A stretch of 64,000 nt of DNA. Origin: Patescibacteria group bacterium. GTDB lineage: Bacteria; Patescibacteriota; Minisyncoccia; 2-02-FULL-40-12; IGHO2-01-FULL-4-A. Both the position numbers and the translations under genes were made by a program. Where the stretch lies: contig JBBTSB010000003.1 of assembly GCA_038064915.1 (NCBI GenBank), positions 13,395 to 77,394 on the forward strand, in the 5' to 3' direction. Position 1 is the stretch's first letter; every line of letters begins with the position of its first letter. The notes beneath the pieces are model-generated. The model did not search any database and was not told the DNA's origin. It saw nothing but the letters and a program-made list of their open reading frames with translations. Below are positions 31,153 to 40,630 of this stretch, piece by piece.

Positions 31153-31889
31153 AGGGCATTATCTTAGCCGGAGGAGCCGGGACTCGGCTTCATCCGCTCA
31201 CCAAAGTCACGAGCAAACAGCTTCTGCCGGTCTACAACAAGCCGATGATTTTTTATCCCCTTGAGACGCTCTTGAGCGGAGGGATCAAAGACATTCTGAT
31301 AATCATTGCGCCGGAGCGGGCAGGGGATTTTTTGAAGCTCCTGGGATCGGGGAGAGAATTTGGCGCAAAGTTTACCTACGAAATCCAAGACAAGCCCGAG
31401 GGTCTTGCACAAGCGTTCATTATCGGAGAAAAATTCATCGGCAAAGACAACGTCGCTATGATTTTGGGTGACAACATCTTTGAAGATGATTTTTCCAAAG
31501 AAATCAGAGCATTTAAAAAGGGCGGGCAAATTTTTGCCAAAAAAGTTTCAGATCCCGAGCGCTCCGGTGTAGTGAAATTTGACGCAAAGATGCGCGCAGT
31601 AAAGATAGTGGAAAAGCCTAAAGAATTTATTTCCCCTTATGCTATAACCGGTTTTTATTTATATGACAATCGTGTTGTGGAGGCGGCAAAACAGGCGAAA
31701 CCATCTGCGCGCGGTGAGCTTGAAATCACTGATCTTCACAATTGGTACTTGGCAAGAAATGAACTGAAGGTTAGTATGGTATCAGGCGAGTGGATCGATA
31801 CTGGAACGTTTGATTCGCTCGTCGCCGCAAATCTATGGGCGCAGAAAAAACTACAGGGATCATCTCGACCAAGCCGTGCAAAAAAGTAG
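31149..31889 (+). CDS. rfbA: Glucose-1-phosphate thymidylyltransferase (short form)
   Basis: ILAGG.GTRL.PLT, KQLLPVY.KPM, GDNIF, EKP, PSARGELEITD. Confidence 0.93.
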   Translation: MKGIILAGGAGTRLHPLTKVTSKQLLPVYNKPMIFYPLETLLSGGIKDILIIIAPERAGDFLKLLGSGREFGAKFTYEIQDKPEGLAQAFIIGEKFIGKDNVAMILGDNIFEDDFSKEIRAFKKGGQIFAKKVSDPERSGVVKFDAKMRAVKIVEKPKEFISPYAITGFYLYDNRVVEAAKQAKPSARGELEITDLHNWYLARNELKVSMVSGEWIDTGTFDSLVAANLWAQKKLQGSSRPSRAKK

Positions 31890-32326
31890 CAACCAAACAC
31901 ACCGATGGAACGTCCAATGGGTGGCTCTTGGAAGTTCAGTCCGATCGTGACGGTTTCACCGATAAGATCATTGGTAATATCTACCTTACGGTTTTGCATC
32001 CCAAATCCGTCAAGGGCTACCACATCCACGCGGTTGCTTCATACCATGTGACCTGCTTGAAGGGGACAGTTCGATCGACGGTCTATCGGAGTCGAACGGA
32101 AAAAGAGACGATCGAATACGGCGATAACAATTTTATAACTATCAAATACCCGCCGGGATGCGCGCACCTGATCGAAAATCTGGGCGACGAACCGGCCTAT
32201 GTCATTATCTATCGCTATCCGGCGTGGAGTCGGGATTTGCCGGAACAGCTCGATGTTCCGCCGGAGGAAATTGAAACCGAAGCAACATGGGAAAACATAC
32301 AACAATTTATATCCCGTTTTTCCTAG
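31835..32326 (+). CDS. RmlC/WxcM-like cupin sugar epimerase
   Basis: VKG.HIH and PPG.AH...N motifs; start position uncertain. Confidence 0.65.
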   Translation: MGAEKTTGIISTKPCKKVATKHTDGTSNGWLLEVQSDRDGFTDKIIGNIYLTVLHPKSVKGYHIHAVASYHVTCLKGTVRSTVYRSRTEKETIEYGDNNFITIKYPPGCAHLIENLGDEPAYVIIYRYPAWSRDLPEQLDVPPEEIETEATWENIQQFISRFS

Positions 32327-33969
32327 GAATTTTTTTTGCTGTTGGTGTTCCATTTGCGTATGCGGACACGATTGGACAGCAGGAACTTTTTTCTATTGAT
32401 TCCCAGTACGATAGTAAAGGGAGAGCACAGGTCAACGCCACGCTTCATGCGGTCTCACAGAAAGCATATTTTTATGTTGCCGATGACTACTGGAATGCGC
32501 TTGATGCTACAGGCAGGACGAATTTGGAAAATTTGATGATAGGTATGGGCAATGAATTTGATACCAAGATATATCCTTTGGAAACGGGTTTCTTCGGGCT
32601 GGATCCGATTCCCGGCATTGATGGGGATCCACGCATTACCATGCTTCTTACTGCTCTGCGCTCCAATGTGGGGGGATACTTTGACAGCGCCCATGGCTAT
32701 TCCAAAACCACGGTTCCCTATTCGAATCAGCGGGAGATGTTGTACTTGAACACATCTCAGTTTAGCGACACTGCGCGCATGTATCCGTTCGTTGCACATG
32801 AGTTTCAGCACCTCATTTCGTTCAATCAAAAAGAACTCCTTCGCAATGTCAGCGACGATATCTGGCTCAATGAGCTTCGTTCGGAGTACGCCCCAACGTT
32901 GGTGGGATACAATCAAGTCTATCAAGGTTCAAATCTTCAGCGCCGCGTAAATTCATTTTTCCAGTATCCCTCGGACAGTTTGACCGACTGGCCCAATGAC
33001 CTTGCCGATTATGGGCAGGTAGGGACGTTGGGTGAATACATTGCGGAGCGGTGGTCCTCGCGCATTATTGCAGATACTCTTCCCACAACTGCCGCTGGAG
33101 CGAGAAGTTTGGATGAAGCGCTGATGAAAAATGGCTACTCACAATCGTTTGATGATCTCTTTGCGTCGTGGATGTTGGCGAATTTGCTCAATAACACCTC
33201 GCTCTCGCCGTTCTACGGATATTCTCGTCCAGAACTCGCTTCATTGCGCGTTGAACCGACCCAACGAATTCTTGGACTCAACGATACGACGGTGCTCTCA
33301 TTTCCTTTTAGTACCAAGGGCTGGGAACAGCGATGGTATGACATTCAAGCCCTTGCACCTTCGGAAAAGCCCATACTCAAAATAACCGCCAATACGTTTT
33401 CGGGTATAAGCAACGTGCGCATTCCGTATTTGGCATTTCGTGCCGACGGTACGACGGAATACCGCATGCTCTCGGGGATTTCCGGTTCCGGTGAGTTTAC
33501 GATTCCTGACATCGGTACAAGCGTAACCCGCATCATCTTGATGCCATATCTGCGTGTTAGCGGTGCGCTTGATATTTCGGTTCAGCGTGTTGACGAGAAA
33601 TCCCTGTTCGTATCTCCCGAGCAGTTTGGTCTCCATGAAGGCGACTTTATTCGCGCTGAAGGCGACAAAGATATCTACATTATTAATCAGTTTGGCTATA
33701 AGCGCATTGTCTTGAGTCCGCAGATATGTTTGCAGTACGGGCACTTGGGCGCGCGCGGATGTTTTAGTGCGGTTAAAATGGTGACTCCGGCAATTCGCGA
33801 TGCATTCAAGACATCACCATTCTATTCCAACGGAGAAACAAAAGATGGAAAAGTATATCAGCTGATCGAAACAGGAGAAGACAGCGCGTATCTCCAACTC
33901 GTCACTCACGTGCTCGACAACACCGTGTTCTTTATGAACACGCGCGAACAGAGAGCATACAGCCAGTAG
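32287..33969 (+). CDS. Secreted zinc metallopeptidase-like protein (HExxH)
   Basis: Signal-peptide-like N-terminus ending AYA; GGYF, AHEFQHLI, WLNE..SE. Confidence 0.7.
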   Translation: MGKHTTIYIPFFLGIFFAVGVPFAYADTIGQQELFSIDSQYDSKGRAQVNATLHAVSQKAYFYVADDYWNALDATGRTNLENLMIGMGNEFDTKIYPLETGFFGLDPIPGIDGDPRITMLLTALRSNVGGYFDSAHGYSKTTVPYSNQREMLYLNTSQFSDTARMYPFVAHEFQHLISFNQKELLRNVSDDIWLNELRSEYAPTLVGYNQVYQGSNLQRRVNSFFQYPSDSLTDWPNDLADYGQVGTLGEYIAERWSSRIIADTLPTTAAGARSLDEALMKNGYSQSFDDLFASWMLANLLNNTSLSPFYGYSRPELASLRVEPTQRILGLNDTTVLSFPFSTKGWEQRWYDIQALAPSEKPILKITANTFSGISNVRIPYLAFRADGTTEYRMLSGISGSGEFTIPDIGTSVTRIILMPYLRVSGALDISVQRVDEKSLFVSPEQFGLHEGDFIRAEGDKDIYIINQFGYKRIVLSPQICLQYGHLGARGCFSAVKMVTPAIRDAFKTSPFYSNGETKDGKVYQLIETGEDSAYLQLVTHVLDNTVFFMNTREQRAYSQ

Positions 33970-33970
33970 G

Positions 33971-34006
33971 AAACCCTAAGCACGAAATCCTAAATACTAA
34001 ACAAAT
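33971..34006. repeat. Heptamer repeat arm B-left
   Basis: AAACCCT AAGCACG AAATCCT AAATACT AAACAAAT. Confidence 0.82.
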
Positions 34007-34040
34007 TCAAAAAGTTCAAGACTCCAAAACCCATGCATCA

Positions 34041-35381
34041 GTTATAATCCTAGGTGGAGGCTTGGCAGGTTTGTCGCTTGCTGTAAATTTGGTTGATCGG
34101 GGCTTTGCTGTTCATGTTTTGGAGAAAAAATCTAATTTGGGCGGAAGAGCAAGTAGTACTACAGATCATAAAACACATGATCCAGTACCAATTGGGCCTC
34201 ATATTTTTGTAAAGGGGTACAAATTTTTTCATAATTTTTTGCACAAAATTGGTGCTCGAGAAGCTATTGTTTGGGAAAGAAATCTTTTCCTTGAACTGAT
34301 AAACGATGAGCATCATTTTCAATTCAAGATGTCGGATTTGCCCACCTCCATTTTACGACTTCCAAAATTATTCAAGTACCCTTTTATCAGTTTTCGAGAT
34401 AAAATCAGCAACATTAAATTTATTGTTCAAGTTATTTTTTCAACACGGGCAAAAATAGACAAACTTGATGAAATATCAGCAGATCAGTATCTTATTTCTC
34501 GGGGCGTCAGTAACAACTCAATCAACTTTATGTGGAGATTTTTTGTTCTAAGCATGCTCAATGTACCCATAGAACAATGTTCTGCTTCCGAATTATGCCA
34601 TTTGGTGAAATCTTGGATTGAAATGGAAAAGAGGCAAATTGGATTTGCAAAGGTTGGTTTGGGCGATGTATATACACAGAAGGCCACCGAATATATCACA
34701 TCTCGAGGTGGCATTATAAGTAGAAATACGGAAATAAAAGAAATTGTTTTTAACAATGACGAAGTTGATCATTTAGTGATAGAAAGTGGTGGTTCAAAAA
34801 CAGAGCTGATATCGGATATCTATGTATCAGCATTGAACCCGATTCAATTACGAGAACTGTTGTCAGAAGACATTTTGAAAAAATATTTCTTCAATCATTT
34901 GGAAGCTTTTGCAGGGGTTCCGTATTTTTCGGTAAATCTATGGTTTGATGGGAAGATTACTCATAAAAAGTTTTGGGCACTTCTTGATGATTCAAAACAG
35001 GCAAAATACTTTAATACGGATTTTTACGATTTGAGCAATATATACGAAACTCGTAGAGGAAATTCCTACATTGCGAGCAATGTTATTTATAGTAAGGCCT
35101 ATGATAATTTTTCAGATCATGATATTGTCGAAAAGACATTACAAGAACTTCGCATTGTTTTTCCTCATATGAAGGCAAACCTTCTTCATTCTCATATTCA
35201 TAGGATTCCTTATGTTATCTACGCACCATATCCAGGAATGAGAAAGCATAGGCTTTCTCACAAAACACCCGTAAAAAATTTATATCTTTGTGGAGATTGG
35301 ATCAATCGGTATACTCCCCAAAGTATGGAGGCGGCCGTGCAAAGTGGCTATGAATGTGCAAGTATTATTTGTAGCTTATGA
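34041..35381 (+). CDS. FAD-dependent oxidoreductase, HpnE/phytoene-desaturase-like (AT-rich; start codon unclear)
   Basis: VIILGGGLAGL, LEK...LGGRA.S, G.H, NLYLCGDW, SMEAAV.SG; no in-frame ATG/GTG/TTG before the FAD motif. Confidence 0.75.
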   Translation, partial: VIILGGGLAGLSLAVNLVDRGFAVHVLEKKSNLGGRASSTTDHKTHDPVPIGPHIFVKGYKFFHNFLHKIGAREAIVWERNLFLELINDEHHFQFKMSDLPTSILRLPKLFKYPFISFRDKISNIKFIVQVIFSTRAKIDKLDEISADQYLISRGVSNNSINFMWRFFVLSMLNVPIEQCSASELCHLVKSWIEMEKRQIGFAKVGLGDVYTQKATEYITSRGGIISRNTEIKEIVFNNDEVDHLVIESGGSKTELISDIYVSALNPIQLRELLSEDILKKYFFNHLEAFAGVPYFSVNLWFDGKITHKKFWALLDDSKQAKYFNTDFYDLSNIYETRRGNSYIASNVIYSKAYDNFSDHDIVEKTLQELRIVFPHMKANLLHSHIHRIPYVIYAPYPGMRKHRLSHKTPVKNLYLCGDWINRYTPQSMEAAVQSGYECASIICSL

Positions 35382-35416
35382 TTTGTTTAGAGTTTAGAAA
35401 TTAGTATTTAGAATTT
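35381..35416. repeat. Heptamer repeat arm B-right (inverted relative to B-left)
   Basis: Reverse complement reads AAATTCT AAATACT AATTTCT AAACTCT AAACAAAT. Confidence 0.82.
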
Positions 35417-36349
35417 ATGCATATCCTCATTACCGGTGGGGCGGGGTTTGTCGGGAGTCACTTGTGCGAGCGATTACTTGCCGATGGGCACAAGGTGATT
35501 TGTCTGGACAACCTTCTCACCGGAAGTAAAAAAAATATCGAGCATCTTTTGGATGATAAGAATTTTTCATTTGTCGAACATGACATCATCGAGCCGTGGT
35601 TTTACGAAGAACATATTGATCAAATCTACAATCTTGCCTGTCCCGCAAGTCCCGTGCAGTATCAAAAAAATGCCATCCGCACGATCAAGGCAAATACGAT
35701 CGGTATTATCAATGTTCTCGGACTTGCGCGCAAACATCAAGCGCGCATTTTGCAAGCCTCAACTTCAGAAGTGTATGGAGATCCGCTTGAACATCCGCAG
35801 ACGGAGTCGTATCGTGGCAATGTGAATCCCATTGGTCCTCGCGCATGTTATGACGAGGGGAAACGCGTTGCAGAGACGCTCATGTTTGACTATCACCGCA
35901 TGCACGGCATGGAAATCCGTGTAGCGCGTATTTTCAACACGTACGGTCCGCGCATGGCGAGCGATGATGGGCGTGTTGTTTCAAATTTTGTTGTCCAAGC
36001 CCTGCAAAACCAACCGGTGACGATCTACGGAGATGGCACGCAGACTCGATCGTTCTGTTACGTTTCCGATATGGTGGACGGTTTGATTGCGCTGATGAAC
36101 TCGGATATTACCGGACCCGTCAATTTGGGAAATCCCAACGAGATGACCGTGCTCGAGATCGCAAAAAAAATTCTTACGCTCACCAATTCACAATCCGAAA
36201 TCATTTTTCAAAAACTTCCCGAAGACGATCCGCGCCAGCGATGCCCGGATATCGCGCTCGCGAAAGAAAAATTATTTTGGGACCCAAAAATTTCTCTGGA
36301 AGAGGGTTTAAAAAAAGTTATCCACTTTTTTTCTGTCACAAAAAATTAA
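35417..36349 (+). CDS. UDP-glucuronate decarboxylase (UDP-xylose synthase) family
   Basis: [47 protein letters not shown]. Confidence 0.93.
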   Translation: MHILITGGAGFVGSHLCERLLADGHKVICLDNLLTGSKKNIEHLLDDKNFSFVEHDIIEPWFYEEHIDQIYNLACPASPVQYQKNAIRTIKANTIGIINVLGLARKHQARILQASTSEVYGDPLEHPQTESYRGNVNPIGPRACYDEGKRVAETLMFDYHRMHGMEIRVARIFNTYGPRMASDDGRVVSNFVVQALQNQPVTIYGDGTQTRSFCYVSDMVDGLIALMNSDITGPVNLGNPNEMTVLEIAKKILTLTNSQSEIIFQKLPEDDPRQRCPDIALAKEKLFWDPKISLEEGLKKVIHFFSVTKN

Positions 36350-36409
36350 AATGATCTAAAATAATATAAGCAAAGGTCGAATATCATCTCAATAATTTTT
36401 TTCAAAAAA

Positions 36410-36463
36410 ATGGCAAAAAAGAAAAAGGCAAAGAAGGCGAAGAAGACAAAAAAGCGCCGATAA
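36410..36463 (+). CDS. 17-aa Lys/Arg-rich peptide MAKKKKAKKAKKTKKRR
   Basis: ATG...TAA read by hand; isolated by an upstream -10-like element and a downstream terminator. Confidence 0.55.
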   Translation: MAKKKKAKKAKKTKKRR

Positions 36464-36469
36464 AAATTT

Positions 36470-36499
36470 TCCCCGCCCCCTAGGCGGGGAGTTTTTTTT
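36470..36499 (+). terminator. Intrinsic terminator
   Basis: TCCCCGCC-cccta-GGCGGGGA followed by G and a T8 run. Confidence 0.8.
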
Positions 36500-36515
36500 A
36501 TGCTATCCTCAAAGC

Positions 36516-36848
36516 ATGAAAATCATGATTCATGGCCTCAATATGGAACTCACTCCGAGTATTTCGGAGCATGTAGAGGAAAAAATAGGAGCGCTGGAAA
36601 GCCATCTTGATCCAAAGCATTCGGCGCTTGCGGAAGCACGTGTCGAGGTTGGGAAAGAAACCAAGCATCATATCAAAGGTAATATTTTTTATGCAGAGGT
36701 AAATGTAAAAATGGGAGGAGAATTTTATCGTGCAACGGCACGACATGAAGATTTATATGCCGCGGTCAATGAAGTGCAAAGCGATCTCGAGCGGCAGTTG
36801 CAAAAACATAAAACAAAACATGAGCCTTCTCGGAAAACTATTCGGTGA
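36516..36848 (+). CDS. hpf: Ribosome hibernation factor (RaiA/HPF)
   Basis: I.G.NMELT....HVEEK, DLYAA..EV...LERQL; upstream of secA. Confidence 0.88.
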   Translation: MKIMIHGLNMELTPSISEHVEEKIGALESHLDPKHSALAEARVEVGKETKHHIKGNIFYAEVNVKMGGEFYRATARHEDLYAAVNEVQSDLERQLQKHKTKHEPSRKTIR

Positions 36849-39288
36849 TGCTAATCGACGCACGGTAGCCAGATACCAGAATACCGTCGATCGCATCAAC
36901 GCAGTACAAACGCCTCCCTCAACAGAAACGTTACGGGAGCGTTTTTCGCGTGGTGAGTCACTGGACGATCTCCTGCCGGAGGCTTTTGCCGCCGTTCGCG
37001 AAGCTGCGACCCGCACTCTCAAGCAACGCCACTACGACGTCCAGTTGATGGGTGGTATCGCACTGCACCAGGGAACCATTTCTGAAATGAAAACCGGGGA
37101 AGGGAAAACGCTTGTAGCGACTCTCGCTGCCTATCTCAATGCACTGCCAGGTCGGGGAGTGCATGTGGTGACTGTCAATGATTATCTCGCTCGCCGTGAT
37201 GCGACGTGGATGGGACATGTCTATCATGAGCTTGGACTTTCCGTTGGGTGTATTAACCACGAAGCAAGCTATCTGTATGATCCGTCTCATGTGAAAGATG
37301 AACATGTGGAAACAGAAAACTTTCGTGTCGAACACGAATTCTTGCGGCCCGTCACGCGCAGGGAGGCTTACGCCGCTGATGTTACCTACGGGACAAACAA
37401 CGAGTATGGATTTGACTACCTGCGTGACAACATGGTGTATCGTATTGATCAAATGGTCCAGCGCGGCCATGCCTACGCCATTGTTGATGAGATCGACTCT
37501 ATCTTGATTGACGAAGCACGTACGCCCCTCATTATTTCCGCACCCGATGAAGATTCCGGAAAACTTTATCAAACATTTGCCCGTGTCGTGCCATCACTTG
37601 TTGTAGATGCGGATTATACCATCGATGAAAAACTCAAAGCTGTAAGCATCACGGAAGCCGGCATTGAAAAGATAGAAAAAATATTGAACATCAAGAATAT
37701 CTATGAAGAAGGAGGCACCCGTTACGTTCATCATCTCCAGCAAGCACTGAAAGCACAAGTGCTTTTTCACAAGGACAAGGAGTATGTGGTCAAAGATGGA
37801 GAGGTGATCATCGTGGATGAATTTACCGGTCGTCTCATGCCTGGTCGTCGCTGGTCCGAAGGCCTGCACCAAGCAGTGGAGGCGAAGGAAGGGGTACTCA
37901 TTCAAAAAGAGTCGCGGACGCTGGCAACTATCACGTTTCAAAACTATTTCAGATTGTATGAAAAACTTTCCGGAATGACGGGAACCGCGCAAACCTCTGC
38001 GGAAGAATTTCATAAAGTGTACGGCATCGATGTTGTGAGTATTCCCACCAATCGTCCAATGGTTCGCAAGGACGAAACCGACCGGATCTATAAAACGGAG
38101 GCGGGCAAATTTCGAGCCATCGCCGCCGAAGTCAAAAAACGTCATGATCAAGGCCAGCCGATTTTGATAGGTACGGTTTCGATCGCAAAAAACGAAATGC
38201 TTTCCTCGCTCTTGGAGAGCGAGGGTGTTCGACACAATGTACTCAACGCAAAAAATCATGAGCGTGAAGCGGAATTTATTGCACAGGCAGGAAAGCACGG
38301 AGCAGTGACGGTTGCTACCAACCTTGCCGGCCGTGGCGTGGATATCATCCTCGGAGGAAACCCCACTTCGCCCGACGAAGCGAACAAAGTTCGCGAGGTC
38401 GGGGGACTCCATGTGATCGGTACCGAACGCCACGAAGCGCGCCGCATCGACAACCAGCTGCGTGGCCGCGCTGGACGACAGGGCGATCCTGGCAGTTCGC
38501 AATTTTTTGTTTCCGCGGAAGATGAGGTGGTGCGTATTTTCGGCGGTGATCGTCTCAAAAATCTCATGGAGCGTCTTGGCGTCAGAGAAGATGAAGTAAT
38601 CGAAAACAAGTTTGTGGCTCGCGCGATTGAGCAAGCGCAAAGCAAAATCGAGGGTCATCACTTTGATTCTCGCAAACATGTACTAGAGTACGATGATGTC
38701 ATGAATAAGCACCGTACGGCGATTTACAAACTTCGCAATGAGGTCATGCGATCCGAGAATATCAAAGATATCGTAGTTGGATATATCGAACACGAACGAG
38801 AACAGGCTCAGCAAACTCTTGAACGAGAACCTGATAACAAGCTTGCAGAAGAATTTCTCGCCGCCCACACCTCGGAACGCTATGAAGAGCGTGAAAAAGA
38901 ACTTGGTGCAGAAGCGATGCGCAATTTGGAAAAAACCGTCGTGCTTCGTGTGATCGATGAGCTTTGGGTGGATCACCTTGAGCAAATGGAATATCTGCGC
39001 GACTCCGTCCGTTTGCGCGCCTACGGTCAACGCGATCCCCTCGTGGAGTATAAAATAGAGGGACAAAAAATGTTCAACCAGCTCGAAGCGGCGATTCAAT
39101 CGCAAGTAGCAGATTTGGTATTCAAGGTAGGTATCGTCCAACAGCCCAAGCCGACAGCAGTGAAACTCATGCAACAGGAAGTCAGCCGACGCGCCTCTGT
39201 ACCTGCCCCTTCTTCAGACAAAGTAGGCCGAAACGACCCCTGTCCATGCGGTTCGGGTAAGAAGTACAAAAAATGTCATGGAATATAA
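36820..39288 (+). CDS. secA: Preprotein translocase ATPase SecA
   Basis: EMKTGEGKT, GFDYLRDN, DEIDSILIDEARTPLIIS, NQLRGRAGRQGDPG, GRNDPCPCGSGKKYKKCH. Confidence 0.98.
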   Translation: MSLLGKLFGDANRRTVARYQNTVDRINAVQTPPSTETLRERFSRGESLDDLLPEAFAAVREAATRTLKQRHYDVQLMGGIALHQGTISEMKTGEGKTLVATLAAYLNALPGRGVHVVTVNDYLARRDATWMGHVYHELGLSVGCINHEASYLYDPSHVKDEHVETENFRVEHEFLRPVTRREAYAADVTYGTNNEYGFDYLRDNMVYRIDQMVQRGHAYAIVDEIDSILIDEARTPLIISAPDEDSGKLYQTFARVVPSLVVDADYTIDEKLKAVSITEAGIEKIEKILNIKNIYEEGGTRYVHHLQQALKAQVLFHKDKEYVVKDGEVIIVDEFTGRLMPGRRWSEGLHQAVEAKEGVLIQKESRTLATITFQNYFRLYEKLSGMTGTAQTSAEEFHKVYGIDVVSIPTNRPMVRKDETDRIYKTEAGKFRAIAAEVKKRHDQGQPILIGTVSIAKNEMLSSLLESEGVRHNVLNAKNHEREAEFIAQAGKHGAVTVATNLAGRGVDIILGGNPTSPDEANKVREVGGLHVIGTERHEARRIDNQLRGRAGRQGDPGSSQFFVSAEDEVVRIFGGDRLKNLMERLGVREDEVIENKFVARAIEQAQSKIEGHHFDSRKHVLEYDDVMNKHRTAIYKLRNEVMRSENIKDIVVGYIEHEREQAQQTLEREPDNKLAEEFLAAHTSERYEEREKELGAEAMRNLEKTVVLRVIDELWVDHLEQMEYLRDSVRLRAYGQRDPLVEYKIEGQKMFNQLEAAIQSQVADLVFKVGIVQQPKPTAVKLMQQEVSRRASVPAPSSDKVGRNDPCPCGSGKKYKKCHGI

Positions 39289-39383
39289 GTATTGTCAAGT
39301 GTCAGGTGAGTTATCCACAGCCGTCTTAGTATGCATAGGGTCGAGTAATAGTGGTTTATTGACATTACATAACAACCATATTT

Positions 39384-39539
39384 GTGAAGAGCGTTCTTGA
39401 TCTTAATGCACGTGGTGAAGGAACGGTAACCAATGACGATGATCCTGAAACCTCATTCGACGGAAATGCCAACGCCAGTGAGCGTGCCAAGGCAGAAGTA
39501 AATGCTGAAGCTGATGCCGATATAGATGTAGACTTGTAA
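39384..39539 (+). CDS. Possible 51-aa acidic small protein
   Basis: GTG-start ORF MKSVLDLNARGEGTVTNDDDPETSFDGNANASERAKAEVNAEADADIDVDL*, followed by a terminator. Confidence 0.35.
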   Translation: MKSVLDLNARGEGTVTNDDDPETSFDGNANASERAKAEVNAEADADIDVDL

Positions 39540-39546
39540 CGAATTT

Positions 39547-39577
39547 CAAAACCCCTCGCCCCCGTTGGGGGGTTTTG
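39547..39577. terminator. Terminator-like hairpin
   Basis: CAAAACCCC...GGGGTTTTG. Confidence 0.65.
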
Positions 39578-39636
39578 TGTTTTGCGGGATTCTGTGGTAT
39601 TGATTCAGTAACCCCCCACCGACGAAAGGAGACCAC

Positions 39637-39900
39637 GTGATCCTCGAAAGGATTCGGAAACTGATCAAGCCCGAGCCCGAACAGAAGCGTACGCTCGAGC
39701 GAACGACGCTTCCCATCACGAGCATGTACCATGAGAAGCGCATCTTCACCGTCACGGTCTCATTCGATGACGGAGCCACGCTGATCCTTCCGGTTCAAGC
39801 ACATCCCTACGAGCTGTTCAAGGTGGGCCACCGGATTGAAGTGGCCTACTACACCACGCATGACGGCAAGCATCACGCCGTCAGGTGGACTGGCAAGTGA
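39637..39900 (+). CDS. Hypothetical protein (high GC)
   Basis: SD AAGGAG plus GTG; strongly G/C-ending codons. Confidence 0.6.
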   Translation: MILERIRKLIKPEPEQKRTLERTTLPITSMYHEKRIFTVTVSFDDGATLILPVQAHPYELFKVGHRIEVAYYTTHDGKHHAVRWTGK

Positions 39901-39991
39901 GGGGGGGCGAGTTCCAGGCGGGGCCGTGCGATCCACGTCCCTGCCACACCCCTATATCAATAAGTTTAAAGTATGGTATAATCACATTCCT

Positions 39992-40630
39992 ATGGCAAGA
40001 AAAATAATCTTTTGGATTTGCACGTTTGCTGTCATTATTCTCCTCCTCATTGGATTAGCGAAATGGGGTCAGAAAAGTAGCACGACGAGTACCAACACCG
40101 ATGTCAGTATTATCAAAGACACCGATTGGTACAAAGGTGACAAGGCGAGCGCAGTGGTGCTCGTTGAATATAGCGACTTTCAATGTCCCGCCTGCCGCAA
40201 TTTTGAACCAACCATCAAAGAAGTACTTGCGGAATACGGCGACCGCATGGTGCTCGTATATCGGCATTTTCCCATCTATGCTAGTCATAAGAATGCCAAA
40301 TTGGCAGGGCAAGCAGCGGAGGCGGCAGGGAAACAGGGAAAGTTTTGGGAATACCATGATCTCGTGTTTGAAAAACAAGACGAATGGAAATCTTTGAAAG
40401 ACCCAGCATCGATCTTTATCGAATATGCGAAATCACTTTCTCTCGATGTGACATTGTTTGAAAGCGACATGAATTCTGACGAAGCAAAACACAGTGTTGA
40501 GGATGATGCAAATGAAGGAACGCGGTATGGTGTAAATAGCACGCCAACGTTTTATCTCAATGGGGTAAAACTTCAATTAGATAGTTATGATCAACTCAAA
40601 AACGCTATCAAGACTGCTGTTGGGGCTTAG
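39992..40630 (+). CDS. DsbA-family thiol-disulfide oxidoreductase
   Basis: TM anchor, EYSDFQCPAC, YRHFP, QGKFWE.HD, GV.STPTF. Confidence 0.92.
   Translation: MARKIIFWICTFAVIILLLIGLAKWGQKSSTTSTNTDVSIIKDTDWYKGDKASAVVLVEYSDFQCPACRNFEPTIKEVLAEYGDRMVLVYRHFPIYASHKNAKLAGQAAEAAGKQGKFWEYHDLVFEKQDEWKSLKDPASIFIEYAKSLSLDVTLFESDMNSDEAKHSVEDDANEGTRYGVNSTPTFYLNGVKLQLDSYDQLKNAIKTAVGA

Noticed and set aside
39293-39306. TGTCAAG-TGTCAGG heptamer pair as a third repeat arm
   Set aside because: Only two units and no convincing inverted partner.
39311-39319. Perfect DnaA box TTATCCACA after secA, as a possible oriC
   Set aside because: Only one box seen, no clear unwinding element and no dnaA/dnaN nearby.
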